Assembly (NCBI RefSeq): GCF_047971185.1
Contig: NZ_JBKDZH010000031.1
Coordinates: 1,415 to 33,414 of the forward strand
DNA: 32,000 bases
Reading direction: 5' to 3'
Origin: Kluyvera sp.
Lineage (GTDB): Bacteria > Pseudomonadota > Gammaproteobacteria > Enterobacterales > Enterobacteriaceae
This document shows, in pieces, positions 1-9,722 of the stretch; position 1 is the stretch's first letter; each line of letters starts with the position of its first letter. The notes beneath the pieces are model-generated. The model was not told the origin of the DNA and did not search any database. It saw only the letters and a program-made list of their open reading frames with translations. Made by a program: the position numbers and the translations under genes.

Positions 1-1358
1 TAGATAAAGGTCAGATTCGGTTCGGAGAGGTCCGGGGAGATCTGCGGGTTCACCAGCGTCACTTTACCCGGCAGCGCTTCAAACGCGGCGTACAGTTTAC
101 GCGTCAGCACGCCGATATCCTGCGGGCTGGCGGAAACGCTGAGGTTATTGCGGCGCGCAAAGCGGATCAGGTTACGGTAGCTCTGCATCATCGCATCGAG
201 CAGTTCGTTGTGCGCTTCACGCACCTGGTCGATCTTCCAGTTGGCGCGGTTATCGAGCATCGCCAGACGCTCTTCGCTCCAGCCCCACTCTTTCACCAGC
301 TGGCCCACCACTTCACGACGCCAGCCAACGCAGGCGCGTTCACGGCTGAGCTTTTCGCACACTTTCAGGTAGAAGCAGCGGCGGACGAGGTCGAGACGGG
401 TTTCGTCGTCGATCGCCTTCAGGTAGTCGGTCACCCGCTCCAGCATCATGCAGTAGGCGTCAAGACCGAAAGAGACGATCTCGCCGTCGTGCAGGCGCTG
501 TTTAATGTCTTTCGCCAGCAGGTGCGTGTTGGGGTATTCCCACGAGTAGGCTTCCAGCAGCAGGGTCTTCAGCACCGCTTTATACGGCGAGTCGATACTC
601 TTATACAGCTGCCACAGGCTGGCGCCAAAGTACTCTTCGGCGGAGAGCGAGCTCAATCCGCCGAGGTCAAGCCATTCGTTCGGCGTCAGCACGCCCTGGG
701 CGTAGAGGGTCATCACGTAGTCGTCGTAATGATCTTCCTCTTCGCACGGCACCATATTCCACAGAATACGTTTGCCCGCCAGGCGTACCGCCGTCCGGTA
801 AAATTCATCAAGCAGTAAAATGTGCTGCGTTGAACCGCAGTCTTCCCCGCCCAGGCTGCCGCTTTCGTTATGGCGGAAGCGGTTTTCGTCGATCAGGAAG
901 AAGCTGACTTCTACGCCCAGCGACGCCGCCCAGCTTTCCAGCAGGCTGCATTTGCGCTGTAACAATTGGCGTTCATCATTATCGAGCCACGCCTGGTGAC
1001 AGACCCAGATATCGAGGTCGGAGGAACAGCTCTGGCCGACGGACGAGGTGCTGCCCATGGTGTAAACGCCGGTAATCGGCAGTTCGCCCTTGGCAGAGAT
1101 CTGCGGCGGCATGCCGCGATGCAGCTCGAGCTCGTCGAGATAGTGGCGTTGGGTTTCATCAGGCGTGTAGAGGCAGATGCCCTTGGGAACGTTACCGTCA
1201 AGGTAACCCGGCATCAGCGGATGATGATAATGTAATAATGTCGGCAGTAGACTGTATACCTGCTGGAAAGCAGGGCCCATGGCTGCAAGCGCGCGATCCA
1301 CGCGCAGTTGGTTGATGGCATCCAGTCTCTGTTTTAGCGTCTCAATATAGAGGTACAA
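1..1358 (-). CDS. cyaA: Adenylate cyclase, N-terminal ~452 codons (runs off the left edge of the window)
   Basis: Absent from the ORF track because it has no stop in the window. The reverse-complement frame from 1358 is open down to position 1. It starts TTG TAC CTC TAT ATT GAG = (M)[32 protein letters not shown] and ends ...[20 protein letters not shown], collinear with E. coli CyaA as I recall it, including its known TTG start. It is divergent from hemC as in E. coli. Confidence 0.93.
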   Translation of the reverse strand, partial: MYLYIETLKQRLDAINQLRVDRALAAMGPAFQQVYSLLPTLLHYHHPLMPGYLDGNVPKGICLYTPDETQRHYLDELELHRGMPPQISAKGELPITGVYTMGSTSSVGQSCSSDLDIWVCHQAWLDNDERQLLQRKCSLLESWAASLGVEVSFFLIDENRFRHNESGSLGGEDCGSTQHILLLDEFYRTAVRLAGKRILWNMVPCEEEDHYDDYVMTLYAQGVLTPNEWLDLGGLSSLSAEEYFGASLWQLYKSIDSPYKAVLKTLLLEAYSWEYPNTHLLAKDIKQRLHDGEIVSFGLDAYCMMLERVTDYLKAIDDETRLDLVRRCFYLKVCEKLSRERACVGWRREVVGQLVKEWGWSEERLAMLDNRANWKIDQVREAHNELLDAMMQSYRNLIRFARRNNLSVSASPQDIGVLTRKLYAAFEALPGKVTLVNPQISPDLSEPNLTFI

Positions 1359-1499
1359 GACATATCGCCTGATGTTCAAAACCTCGACGTATCTTGAATG
1401 GTGCAGGTACGGAGGCTTTAATATTTCAACAAGAAGAACCGTTACCGTTTTTTATCCGTCGTTGTGATTATCGAATTCTGGACAAAAAATGGTTTAAAA

Positions 1500-1515
1500 C
1501 GTGATCAATTTAACA
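1500..1515. promoter_or_regulatory. Candidate CRP-like site in the cyaA-hemC divergent control region
   Basis: CGTGA-TCAATT-TAACA resembles TGTGA-N6-TCACA, with 4/5 and 3/5 half-site matches. It lies about 145 nt upstream of the cyaA TTG. cyaA is known to be repressed by cAMP-CRP in E. coli. The match is weak and I could not place the associated -10/-35 elements. Confidence 0.3.
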
Positions 1516-1767
1516 CCTTGCCGGTTGACCGTAAAGAATGTTGCACTACAACAAGTGTAGCATTGAATGCTGCTGTAAACCCCGGCATACGATCAAGACA
1601 GTGCCAGTAATGAACGGTAAACACAACCCCGTTGATGCTTGTCTTCGTTTGGGCTGAAGGCACGTTTCCTGCATCGCGATTTGTTCAGGGTATGAATCCC
1701 TGAAAACTAACATCATTAAGGCAACAATGTTAGGATGAACAACGGACGATAGATGACGGTAACAAGC

Positions 1768-2709
1768 ATGTTAGACAAAGTTTTGAGAATTGCCACACGC
1801 CAAAGCCCGCTCGCACTCTGGCAAGCGCACTATGTAAAAGAACGCCTGGAGGCTTGCCATCCCGGGCTGACGGTGACGCTTGTGCCGATGGTAACGCGCG
1901 GCGATGTGATTCTGGATACGCCGCTGGCTAAAGTGGGCGGCAAGGGGCTGTTTGTCAAAGAGCTTGAGCTGGCACTGCTTGAAAATCGCGCCGATATCGC
2001 CGTGCATTCGATGAAAGACGTGCCGGTCGAATTTCCCGAGGGGCTTGGGCTGGTGACCATCTGCGAGCGCGACGACCCGCGCGACGCCTTTGTCTCAAAC
2101 CATTACGCCTGCATGGACGACCTCCCGGCAGGCAGCGTCGTCGGCACCTCCAGCCTGCGCCGCCAGTGCCAGTTGGCCAAACGCCGACCGGATCTGGTGA
2201 TTCGCTCGCTGCGCGGCAACGTCGGCACCCGCCTGAGTAAGCTCGACAACGGCGACTACGATGCCATCATCCTGGCCGTTGCTGGCCTCAAACGCCTGGA
2301 GCTGGATGCCCGCATCCGCCAGCCGATGTCGCCGGAAGAGTCGCTGCCGGCCGTCGGTCAGGGTGCCGTCGGCATTGAGTGCCGTCTCGACGACGAACAC
2401 ACCCGCGCGCTGCTGGCACCGCTGAATCACGATGACACCGCCATTCGCGTGCGCGCCGAGCGGGCGATGAACACGCGGCTGGAAGGCGGCTGCCAGGTGC
2501 CTATCGGCAGCTATGCGGAACTGACGAATGGCGAACTGTGGCTGCGCGCGCTGGTTGGCGCGCCGGACGGTAGCCAGATGGTGTGCGGTGAACGTCGCGG
2601 CAAGCCGGAAGATGCCGAGAAGATGGGCATTGATCTGGCCGATGAGCTGCTCGATAACGGCGCGCGGGAAATTCTTGCCGCCGTCTACGACGGAGACGCC
2701 GCCGTATGA
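1768..2709 (+). CDS. hemC: Porphobilinogen deaminase (hydroxymethylbilane synthase)
   Basis: [23 protein letters not shown]... gives 313 aa from the ATG at 1768, matching the E. coli HemC length. The cofactor-Cys context GGCQVPIG is present. The track ORF starts 5 codons earlier at the ATG at 1753, which is an alternative start. Confidence 0.95.
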   Translation: MLDKVLRIATRQSPLALWQAHYVKERLEACHPGLTVTLVPMVTRGDVILDTPLAKVGGKGLFVKELELALLENRADIAVHSMKDVPVEFPEGLGLVTICERDDPRDAFVSNHYACMDDLPAGSVVGTSSLRRQCQLAKRRPDLVIRSLRGNVGTRLSKLDNGDYDAIILAVAGLKRLELDARIRQPMSPEESLPAVGQGAVGIECRLDDEHTRALLAPLNHDDTAIRVRAERAMNTRLEGGCQVPIGSYAELTNGELWLRALVGAPDGSQMVCGERRGKPEDAEKMGIDLADELLDNGAREILAAVYDGDAAV

Positions 2710-3446
2710 CCATCCTGGTTACCCGCCCCGCCCCGCAAAGTGAAGAGCTCGTCAGCCGTTTGCGCGCGCTGGGGCGAGTAGCCTGGAGTTTCCCGCTGAT
2801 TGAATTCACCCCCGGCCGCGAACTCAACGCGCTCGGCCATGCGCTTGGCGCGCTCGGCGACGGGGACCTGGCCTTCGCGCTGTCGCAGCATGCGGTGAGC
2901 TTTGCCCACGCCCAGCTTCAGCAGCAGCGTCTTCGCTGGCCTGCCGCTCCCCGCTATTTTGCTATTGGCCGCACCACGGCGCTGGCGCTGCATCAGGTCA
3001 GCGGGGCCGAGGTGCGCTACCCTTTAGATCGGGAAATCAGCGAAGTATTGCTACAATTACCTGAATTACAAAATATTGCGGGAAAGAAAGCGCTAATTCT
3101 GCGCGGCAACGGCGGCCGTGAACTGCTCGCCGAGACGCTGACCGCGCGCGGCGCCGACGTCACGCTGTGTGAATGCTACCAGCGCGGTGCCATCCACTAC
3201 GATGGGGCGGAAGAAGCCATGCGCTGGCAGTCGCGAGGCGTGTCGACGCTCGTGGTCACCAGCGGCGAAATGCTACAACAACTTTGGTCGCTCATTCCCC
3301 TCTGGTACCGGGAGAGCTGGTTGCTCAAATGCCGGCTGCTGGTGGTGAGCGAGCGCATTGCAAAACTGGCCCGGGAGATGGGCTGGCAGGAAATTCAGGT
3401 TGCCGATAGCGCAGACAACGATGCGCTGCTACGCGCATTACAATAA
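2706..3446 (+). CDS. hemD: Uroporphyrinogen-III synthase
   Basis: 246 aa, the same length as E. coli HemD. An ATGA overlap with the hemC stop suggests translational coupling. Its position in the hemCDXY operon fits. Confidence 0.93.
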   Translation: MTILVTRPAPQSEELVSRLRALGRVAWSFPLIEFTPGRELNALGHALGALGDGDLAFALSQHAVSFAHAQLQQQRLRWPAAPRYFAIGRTTALALHQVSGAEVRYPLDREISEVLLQLPELQNIAGKKALILRGNGGRELLAETLTARGADVTLCECYQRGAIHYDGAEEAMRWQSRGVSTLVVTSGEMLQQLWSLIPLWYRESWLLKCRLLVVSERIAKLAREMGWQEIQVADSADNDALLRALQ

Positions 3447-3467
3447 CTCTCAAAATTGGAAGCCATA

Positions 3468-4661
3468 ATGACGGAACAAAAAGAAAACTCCGCCGTGGTT
3501 GAAGACTCCGGGGACGTGGTGAACACCGCGCCGCAGCCCGAGGTTCGTAAGCCAGAAAATGCTGAGAAGAAAAATACCGGCGGGAAAACCAGTCTGGTGC
3601 TGAGCGCCGTTGCTATCGCCATCGCGCTAGCGGCGGGCGTCGGCCTGTACGGCTGGGGCAAGCAGCAGGCCGTCAACCAAACCACGACCAGCGATACTCT
3701 CGCCAATCAGCTCGTCGCCCTGCAAAAAGCCCAGGATGCGCAGAAAGAGGCGCTGGAAGCCACCATTAAACAGCAGGCCGAACAGCTGGATGCGGCGAAA
3801 GCGCAGCAAAGCGAAATGGCTAAGCAGCTGGATGAAGTGCAGCAGAAAGTGGCCGCCATCTCCGGCACCGATTCAAAAACCTGGCTGCTGGCCCAGTCCG
3901 ACTTTCTTGTGAAGCTGGCTAGCCGCAAGCTGTGGAGCGATCAGGATGTGACCACCGCCGCCGCGCTGCTGAAAAGCGCGGATGCCAGCCTCGCGGATAT
4001 GAACGATCCAAGTCTTATCACCGCGCGTCGGGCGATTACCGAAGATATCGCCAGCCTCTCCGCCGTGTCACAGGTGGATTTCGACGGCATTATTCTGAAA
4101 GTCAATCAGCTGGCCAATCAGGTGGATAACCTGCGTCTGGCAGACAACAATACCGACGATTCGCCGATGGACAGCGACGACGGCGAGCTGTCGGCATCGC
4201 TCAGCGAATGGCGCGTCAACCTGCAAAAAAGCTGGCAGAACTTTATGGACAGCTTTATTACCATTCGCCGCCGTGATGAAACAGCCGTTCCGCTGCTGGC
4301 GCCGAACCAGGATATCTACCTGCGTGAAAACATTCGCGCCCAGCTGCTGGCCGCATCGCAGGCGGTGCCGCGCCATCAGCAGGAAACCTACAAGCAGGCG
4401 CTGGATAACGTCTCTACCTGGGTACGTGCCTACTATGATACCGATGACGCCGCCACGAAAACGTTCCTGAACGACGTCGATCAACTCAGCCAGCAGAGTA
4501 TCGCCATGGACGTTCCGGAAACCCTGCAAAGCCAGCCGATTCTGGAAAAACTGATGCAGACCCGCGTGCGTAACCTGATGGCGCAGCCCGCTGTTGCTCA
4601 GCCTACGGCAGAGCAACCGGCCGCCGCAGAACCTGCGCCAGCCCCAGCGCAAGGAGAGTAA
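3468..4661 (+). CDS. hemX: HemX family membrane protein
   Basis: [12 protein letters not shown]... with an N-terminal TM segment ([22 protein letters not shown]), a Q/A-rich coiled region and a Pro/Ala-rich tail. The E. coli-like start is the second in-frame ATG at 3468; the track starts at 3456. Confidence 0.9.
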   Translation: MTEQKENSAVVEDSGDVVNTAPQPEVRKPENAEKKNTGGKTSLVLSAVAIAIALAAGVGLYGWGKQQAVNQTTTSDTLANQLVALQKAQDAQKEALEATIKQQAEQLDAAKAQQSEMAKQLDEVQQKVAAISGTDSKTWLLAQSDFLVKLASRKLWSDQDVTTAAALLKSADASLADMNDPSLITARRAITEDIASLSAVSQVDFDGIILKVNQLANQVDNLRLADNNTDDSPMDSDDGELSASLSEWRVNLQKSWQNFMDSFITIRRRDETAVPLLAPNQDIYLRENIRAQLLAASQAVPRHQQETYKQALDNVSTWVRAYYDTDDAATKTFLNDVDQLSQQSIAMDVPETLQSQPILEKLMQTRVRNLMAQPAVAQPTAEQPAAAEPAPAPAQGE

Positions 4662-4664
4662 TCG

Positions 4665-5861
4665 ATGCTTAAAGTCTTATTACTCTTCGCACTGCTGATT
4701 GCCGGCGTGGTAGTCGGCCCGATGATTGCCGGCCACCAGGGCTACGTGCTGATTCAGACTGACAACTACAACATTGAAACCAGCGTGACCGGGTTGGTCA
4801 TCATCATGATTCTGATCATGGTGGTCCTGTTCGCGCTGGAATGGATTCTGCGCCGCATTTTCCGCACCAGCGCCCACACCCGCGGCTGGTTCGTTGGCCG
4901 TAAACGCCGTCGTGCGCGCAAGCAGACCGAGCAGGCGCTGCTGAAACTGGCGGAAGGCGACTATCAGCAGGTTGAGAAGCTGATGTCGAAGAATGCCGAT
5001 CACGCCGAGCAGCCGGTGGTTAACTACCTGCTGGCCGCCGAGGCCGCGCAGCAGCGTGGCGACGAGGCCCGCGCCAACCAACATCTGCAACGTGCGGCGG
5101 AAAATGCCGGTAACGATCTGATTCCGGTGGAGATCACCCGCGCCCGTCTTCAGCTGGCGCGAAATGAAACCCACGCGGCGCGCCACGGTATTGATAAGCT
5201 GCTGGAAATCGCCCCGCGTCATCCGGAAGTGCTGCGTCTGGCCGAACAGGCCTATATTCAGACCGGCGCCTGGAGCTCGCTGCTGGATATCATCCCATCG
5301 ATGGCAAAAGCCAACGTTGGCGATGACGCCCACCGCGCGGCGCTGGAGCAGCAGGCGTGGATTGGTCTGATGGATCAAGCCCGCGCCGATCAGGGCAGCG
5401 AAGGGTTGCGTAACTGGTGGAAGAATCAAAGCCGTAAGACCCGCCACCAGGTGGCCCTGCAGGTGGCGATGGCGGATCATCTGATTGAGTGTGACGATCA
5501 TGACACCGCCCAGCAGATCATCATCGATGGCCTGAAGCGCCAGTATGACGATCGTCTGGTGATGCTGATCCCGCGCCTGCACACCAATAACCCGGAGCAG
5601 ATGGAAAAACTGCTGCGCCAGCAGATCAAAACCGTGGGCGACCGCCCGCTGTTGTGGAGCACGCTGGGCCAGTCGCTGATGAAGCACGGCGAGTGGCAGG
5701 AAGCGAGCCTGGCGTTCCGCGCCGCGCTCAAGCAGCGCCCGGATGCCTTCGACTACGCCTGGCTGGCCGATACACTCGACCGCCTGAAGCAGCCGGAAGA
5801 AGCGGCGGCGATGCGCCGGGATGGGCTGATGCTGACGTTGCAGAACAACCCGCCAGCGTAA
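4665..5861 (+). CDS. hemY: HemY protein (TM N-terminus plus TPR-like repeats)
   Basis: 398 aa, as in E. coli HemY. It has two N-terminal hydrophobic segments, and it is the last gene of hemCDXY. Confidence 0.93.
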   Translation: MLKVLLLFALLIAGVVVGPMIAGHQGYVLIQTDNYNIETSVTGLVIIMILIMVVLFALEWILRRIFRTSAHTRGWFVGRKRRRARKQTEQALLKLAEGDYQQVEKLMSKNADHAEQPVVNYLLAAEAAQQRGDEARANQHLQRAAENAGNDLIPVEITRARLQLARNETHAARHGIDKLLEIAPRHPEVLRLAEQAYIQTGAWSSLLDIIPSMAKANVGDDAHRAALEQQAWIGLMDQARADQGSEGLRNWWKNQSRKTRHQVALQVAMADHLIECDDHDTAQQIIIDGLKRQYDDRLVMLIPRLHTNNPEQMEKLLRQQIKTVGDRPLLWSTLGQSLMKHGEWQEASLAFRAALKQRPDAFDYAWLADTLDRLKQPEEAAAMRRDGLMLTLQNNPPA

Positions 5862-5872
5862 CGCTGGCGCGG

Positions 5873-5908
5873 AAAAAAGGGGCCAGTCGGCCCCTTTTCT
5901 TTTTCTTT
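5873..5908 (+). terminator. Rho-independent terminator of hemCDXY, possibly bidirectional
   Basis: AAAAGGGGCC-agtc-GGCCCCTTTT stem-loop (5875-5898) followed by TTTTCTTTTTCTTT, 12 nt after the hemY stop. The A-run on the 5' side could also terminate minus-strand transcripts. Confidence 0.85.
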
Positions 5909-5914
5909 CCCCAT

Positions 5915-6120
5915 AAAAAAACGCCTGCTCTTTGTGAGAGCAGGCGCTAATACAGGTTTAATTCGACAACTAATGGGTGCTTCACTCAACGTTATGTCCA
6001 TGGTGTCTGATGAGGCGAAAGCGACATCTGTCAGTGGACGATAAGCACCGTCAATGGCTCTGCGTCATTCCTGAGTTTATGAGGCACAAGGCGAACATAA
6101 GAGATGGAATGAGCATCTAC
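5915..6120 (-). ncRNA. glmZ: Small regulatory RNA GlmZ (SraJ/RyiA), which activates glmS translation
   Basis: The minus strand reads GTAGATGCTCATTCCATCTCTTATGTTCGCCTTGTGCCTCATAAACTCAGGAATGACGCAGAGCC...CATCAGACACCATGGACATAACGTTGAGTGAAGCACCC...GCGCCTGCTCtcacaaaGAGCAGGCGTTTTTTT. This is near-identical over most of its length to the E. coli GlmZ sequence as I recall it. It sits in the same hemY/aslA intergenic position, antisense to both neighbours, and ends in a canonical stem plus T7 terminator (5915-5948). Confidence 0.88.
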
Positions 6121-6127
6121 GCGGCGC

Positions 6128-6157
6128 ATTATGTCATAAAATTTTGAGAAATGACAT
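6128..6157 (-). promoter_or_regulatory. Sigma70-type promoter of glmZ
   Basis: On the minus strand, -10 CATAAT (6133-6128) ends 7 nt before the GlmZ 5' G at 6120. -35 ATGTCA (6157-6152) sits at an 18-nt spacing. There is no GG/GC (-24/-12) sigma54 signature at the matching positions. Confidence 0.55.
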
Positions 6158-6524
6158 GTCTGGTTAAAGACAATATCGTCTTTTTTAACTCATCAAAAAA
6201 CATGCCATCGCAGTCATTTCACTTTGCCGTTTTATTTAACCATAATAATAAGCCACGGCAATATATAAATAATAAAACCAGATAACAATATCGGCCTCAT
6301 TCATGCGGCAAATTATTTAGAAATTAGTAACAATTGATTATTAATCCATTATCGCACCTGCGCTGTCATTATATTTACAGCAGAAGAAATTAAGGTATAC
6401 GATTCTTCACAGGCAACGCCAGCCGTTGCTGTAATCTTTTATCCATAATTATTAGATAGTTGTTTTAACCTTCTTATCCAAGGCTGTTGTATCTATCAAT
6501 AATATATTACCTGGAGATTATATA

Positions 6525-8177
6525 ATGGATTTATCTTTCCCACGTAAGCTGCTGGCTGTAGCTATCATTACGGCGCTTCCTGCGTTCGCTAATGCGGTAG
6601 ATACACCCGCGGTAGCGACAGCTAAGCAAGGTTACTCCGGTTACGATCACCCTAATCAATATCTGGTAAAAAAAGCGACATCTATTGCCGATAATATGAT
6701 GCCGGTAATGATGCACCCCGAACAGAATAAAGAGGCGCAGCAAAAGCTGGCCGACATCGAGAAAAAAACCGGAAAAAAACCTAACGTTATCATCTTCATT
6801 CTCGATGACGTAGGTTGGATGGATGTTGGCTTTAACGGCGGCGGTGTCGCGGTTGGCAACCCAACTCCGGATATCGATGCCGTTGCCAGTCAGGGGTTAA
6901 TTTTGACTTCTGCTTACTCGCAGCCCAGCTCCTCTCCCACACGCGCCACCATCATGACCGGTCAATACTCGGTACACCACGGGATTCTGATGCCACCAAT
7001 GTATGGCATGCCCGGCGGGCTGGAAGGGTTAACCACCCTGCCACAATTGCTGCACGATCAGGGTTATGTCACTCAGGCGATCGGTAAATGGCACATGGGC
7101 GAAAATGAAGGCTCGCAGCCGCAGAACGTCGGCTTTGATGATTTCCGCGGGTTTAATTCGGTCTCAGATATGTATACCGAGTGGCGTGACGTCAACGTGA
7201 ACCCAGAAGTCGCGCTAAGCCCATCTCGCTCCGAATACATTAAAAACCTGCCCTTCAGTAAAGATGACGTTCACGCGGTACGAGGCGGTAAACAGGAAGC
7301 GATTGCTGACATTACGCCAAAGTATATGGAGGATCTCGATCAGCGCTGGATGCAGTACGGCGTAGACTTCCTCAACAAGATGGCGAAAAGCGATAAGCCC
7401 TTTTTCCTGTACTACGGCACGCGCGGCTGCCACTTCGACAACTACCCTAACGCCAAATATGCGGGAAGTTCACCGGCGCGCACATCCTTTAGCGACTGCA
7501 TGGTTGAAATGAATGATGTGTTCGCCAACCTGTATAAAACACTGGAGAAAAATGGCCAGTTGGATAATACGCTGATCGTCTTCACCTCCGATAACGGTCC
7601 GGAAGCGGAAGTCCCGCCGCATGGCCGCACGCCGTTCCGGGGTGCAAAAGGCTCTACCTGGGAAGGCGGCGTCCGCGTCCCCACCTTCGTTTACTGGAAG
7701 GGGATGATCCAGCCGCGTAAATCAGACGGTATCGTCGATCTGGCGGATCTGTTCCCAACGGCGCTGGCGTTAGCCGGTAAACCGGGAGCGGAAGTCTCTA
7801 AACTGGTCCCCAAAACCACCTTCATTGACGGGGTCGATCAGTCCTCATTCTTCCTTGGCAGCAACGGGCAGTCGAACCGCAAAGCGGAACACTACTTCCT
7901 CAACGGCCAGCTCTCTGCCGTGCGTATCGATGAGTTTAAATATCATCTGCTGATTCAACAACCGTATGCCTTTACCCAAACCGGCTATCAGGGCGGTTTC
8001 ACCGGCGCGGTGATGCAGACGGCAGGAACCATGATCTTTAATCTGTATACCGACCCACAAGAAAGCGAATCCGTCGGCGTTCGCCACATACCGATGGGCG
8101 TGCCGCTACAGACCGAAGTACATGACTACATGGCTATCCTGAAAAAATATCCGCCAAAAGTCCAAATCAAGCTCTGA
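6525..8177 (+). CDS. aslA: Periplasmic arylsulfatase-family enzyme, Ser-type formylglycine motif
   Basis: 550 aa. It has a Sec signal peptide ([24 protein letters not shown]|VD), an N-terminal metal-binding DD (FILDDVGW), and the sulfatase signature [11 protein letters not shown], which fits (C/S)xPxRxxxxTG. SD GGAGA lies 8 nt upstream. The position is syntenic with E. coli aslA. Confidence 0.92.
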   Translation: MDLSFPRKLLAVAIITALPAFANAVDTPAVATAKQGYSGYDHPNQYLVKKATSIADNMMPVMMHPEQNKEAQQKLADIEKKTGKKPNVIIFILDDVGWMDVGFNGGGVAVGNPTPDIDAVASQGLILTSAYSQPSSSPTRATIMTGQYSVHHGILMPPMYGMPGGLEGLTTLPQLLHDQGYVTQAIGKWHMGENEGSQPQNVGFDDFRGFNSVSDMYTEWRDVNVNPEVALSPSRSEYIKNLPFSKDDVHAVRGGKQEAIADITPKYMEDLDQRWMQYGVDFLNKMAKSDKPFFLYYGTRGCHFDNYPNAKYAGSSPARTSFSDCMVEMNDVFANLYKTLEKNGQLDNTLIVFTSDNGPEAEVPPHGRTPFRGAKGSTWEGGVRVPTFVYWKGMIQPRKSDGIVDLADLFPTALALAGKPGAEVSKLVPKTTFIDGVDQSSFFLGSNGQSNRKAEHYFLNGQLSAVRIDEFKYHLLIQQPYAFTQTGYQGGFTGAVMQTAGTMIFNLYTDPQESESVGVRHIPMGVPLQTEVHDYMAILKKYPPKVQIKL

Positions 8178-8190
8178 CAGCCGCACTGAA

Positions 8191-8222
8191 CCAGCTCGCC
8201 GGAAACATCTCCGGCGAGCTGG
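8191..8222. terminator. Hairpin between the convergent genes aslA and aslB
   Basis: Perfect 13-bp stem CCAGCTCGCCGGA-aacatc-TCCGGCGAGCTGG, directly abutting the aslB stop (8223-8225). The U-tracts on both sides are poor, so intrinsic terminator strength is uncertain. Confidence 0.5.
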
Positions 8223-9458
8223 CTATTTGTGCAATGGGAATACCCGCTGCGCCTTCATGATGTCGCTAGCCGGGCGACCGCTGGCAAGCAGATCGCGCAT
8301 CGCTTTCAGATACGGAGGCAAATGACGGAAGTAGTGGCGGAAACCTTCACACAGGTAGTTTTGCTCACCACCCTCCGTTGGGATAAAGCGATGCTTAGGG
8401 CAGCCGCCCCAGCACGCCCTCAGCACTTCACACTGCTTACAGGCCACCGGCAGGCGGGCAAATTTATCGCACCCAAACTGTTCCTGCTCAGGGGTATCAA
8501 CCATCTGCGCAAAGCTGTGTTGATGGAGATTGCCGAGCTGGAATTCCGGGTAGACATAGTGATCACAGGCATAAACATCACCGCTGTGCTCAACAACGAT
8601 TGAGCGCCCGCAGGTGGGCTGATGATGACACACCGCACCGGGCGCGCCGACAAAGTTGGCAAAAGCCCACTCAATGTTCATCACAAATACTTTACCGACG
8701 TCGCGCTGGATCCAGCGGTCAAAAGTCGCGGTAAGAAACTCACCGTAGGCTTTCGGGCGAACGGACCAGGCCGTGACCCTCTCTGCTGAGTGCTCACTCC
8801 CTGGCCCCTGCAGCGAAAGCCCCACATTAGCTTCCCGCGGGCCAGCCAGGCGCTCGACGACCGGGATAAACTGGATAAATTCCACGCCGGATTCACACAG
8901 AAAATCATAAACTTTAAGCGGTTGTCGTGCGCTTTGGCGGTTCACGCAGGCCAGAACATTGTAATCAACACCGTGTTTTTGCAGTAGCGCCAGCGCGCGC
9001 ATCACCAGCTTGTGCGTGGGCTTGCCGCCTTTTGTCAGACGATAGGCGTTGTGAATCTCCGCCGGGCCATCCAGCGACAGGCCGATTAAAAAACGCTGTT
9101 CGCGGAAAAAGAGGCACCACTCGTCATTCAGCAACACGCCGTTGGTCTGAAAACTGTTGCTGATGCGTCGACCCGCGCCATATTTAGCCTGTAACGCCAC
9201 CGCGCGACGATAAAAGTCGAGCCCCAGCAGCGTCGGCTCGCCACCCTGCCAGGTAAAGGCCACTTCAGCCTGCGCTTCAACGGCGGCAATATAGTTTTTG
9301 ATGTAGGCCTCCAGCGTCTGGTCACTCATGCGTGAGCACACGTCGGGGTAAAGCGCTTGCTTCTCAAGATAAAAACAGTAGGTACAGTTGAGGTTGCAGT
9401 CAGAGCCGCTGGGCTTGGCCATCGCGTGAAACGCGCGGATTGGGATCTGTTGGGGCAT
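8223..9458 (-). CDS. aslB: Anaerobic sulfatase-maturating enzyme (radical SAM/SPASM)
   Basis: 411 aa from the ATG at 9458 (MPQQIPIRAFHAMAKPSGSDCNLNCTYCFY), with AGGA 10 nt upstream. It has the radical-SAM CX3CX2C (CNLNCTYC) and the C-terminal SPASM motif CX2CX5CX3C (CKQCEVLRACWGGC). The track start (GTG at 9479) adds 7 codons. Confidence 0.92.
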   Translation of the reverse strand: MPQQIPIRAFHAMAKPSGSDCNLNCTYCFYLEKQALYPDVCSRMSDQTLEAYIKNYIAAVEAQAEVAFTWQGGEPTLLGLDFYRRAVALQAKYGAGRRISNSFQTNGVLLNDEWCLFFREQRFLIGLSLDGPAEIHNAYRLTKGGKPTHKLVMRALALLQKHGVDYNVLACVNRQSARQPLKVYDFLCESGVEFIQFIPVVERLAGPREANVGLSLQGPGSEHSAERVTAWSVRPKAYGEFLTATFDRWIQRDVGKVFVMNIEWAFANFVGAPGAVCHHQPTCGRSIVVEHSGDVYACDHYVYPEFQLGNLHQHSFAQMVDTPEQEQFGCDKFARLPVACKQCEVLRACWGGCPKHRFIPTEGGEQNYLCEGFRHYFRHLPPYLKAMRDLLASGRPASDIMKAQRVFPLHK

Positions 9459-9569
9459 CGTCTCGCCATCCTTATGCACGGGAATGCTTCATCATAGTGA
9501 AGCATTTCTCAGCGAAAGGGGCGTTTTTTGCGCATGGCGAGAAATTCGGAAATGTGCTTGGAACGGAGA

Positions 9570-9597
9570 AAACAAAAAACCCCGCCGAAGCGGGGTT
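9570..9597 (-). terminator. Rho-independent terminator of the tRNA operon
   Basis: The minus strand reads AACCCCGC-ttcg-GCGGGGTT followed by TTTTTGTTTT, 7 nt after the proM 3' end. Confidence 0.85.
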
Positions 9598-9603
9598 CAA
9601 AAT

Positions 9604-9680
9604 TGGTCGGCGAGAGAGGATTCGAACCTCCGACCCACTGGTCCCAAACCAGTTGCGCTACCAAGCTGCGCTACTCGCCG
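9604..9680 (-). tRNA. proM: tRNA-Pro (anticodon UGG)
   Basis: Minus strand: CGGCGAGTAGCGCAGCTTGGTAGCGCAACTGGTTTGGGACCAGTGGGTCGGAGGTTCGAATCCTCTCTCGCCGACCA, 77 nt. It folds as a cloverleaf with the T-loop GGTTCGAATCC and an encoded CCA. Confidence 0.97.
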
Positions 9681-9722
9681 AAATACTGCTTTTTGAATTT
9701 TTAGTTCAATTCGTTAAAGTCG

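Noticed and set aside
210-1235. Track ORFs 210..818 (+), 911..1201 (-) and 966..1235 (+) at the left edge.
   Set aside because: All lie inside the cyaA coding frame on the minus strand, which is open from 1358 to position 1 and which the track omitted. None is in that frame, and their translations look random.
5753-6001. 82-aa minus-strand ORF overlapping the hemY 3' end.
   Set aside because: It begins inside GlmZ and reads through both the glmZ and hemY terminator hairpins into antisense hemY. GlmZ plus the terminators explain it entirely.
6051-6285. Small ORFs in the hemY-aslA gap: a 21-codon hydrophobic ORF (MLIPSLMFALCLINSGMTQSH, 6051..6116, minus strand) and a 44-codon ORF (6151..6285, plus strand).
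   Set aside because: The first lies within the 5' stem-loops of GlmZ, with its ATG 4 nt from the RNA 5' end and no SD. The second is an N/K/F-rich product of AT-rich DNA with no RBS. I have no evidence that either is translated.
6525-9458. aslA-aslB as a horizontally acquired accessory island, based on lower GC and the AT-rich upstream region.
   Set aside because: The same two genes occupy the same slot between hemY/glmZ and proM in E. coli K-12. Any acquisition is ancient, and the pair is part of the conserved backbone.
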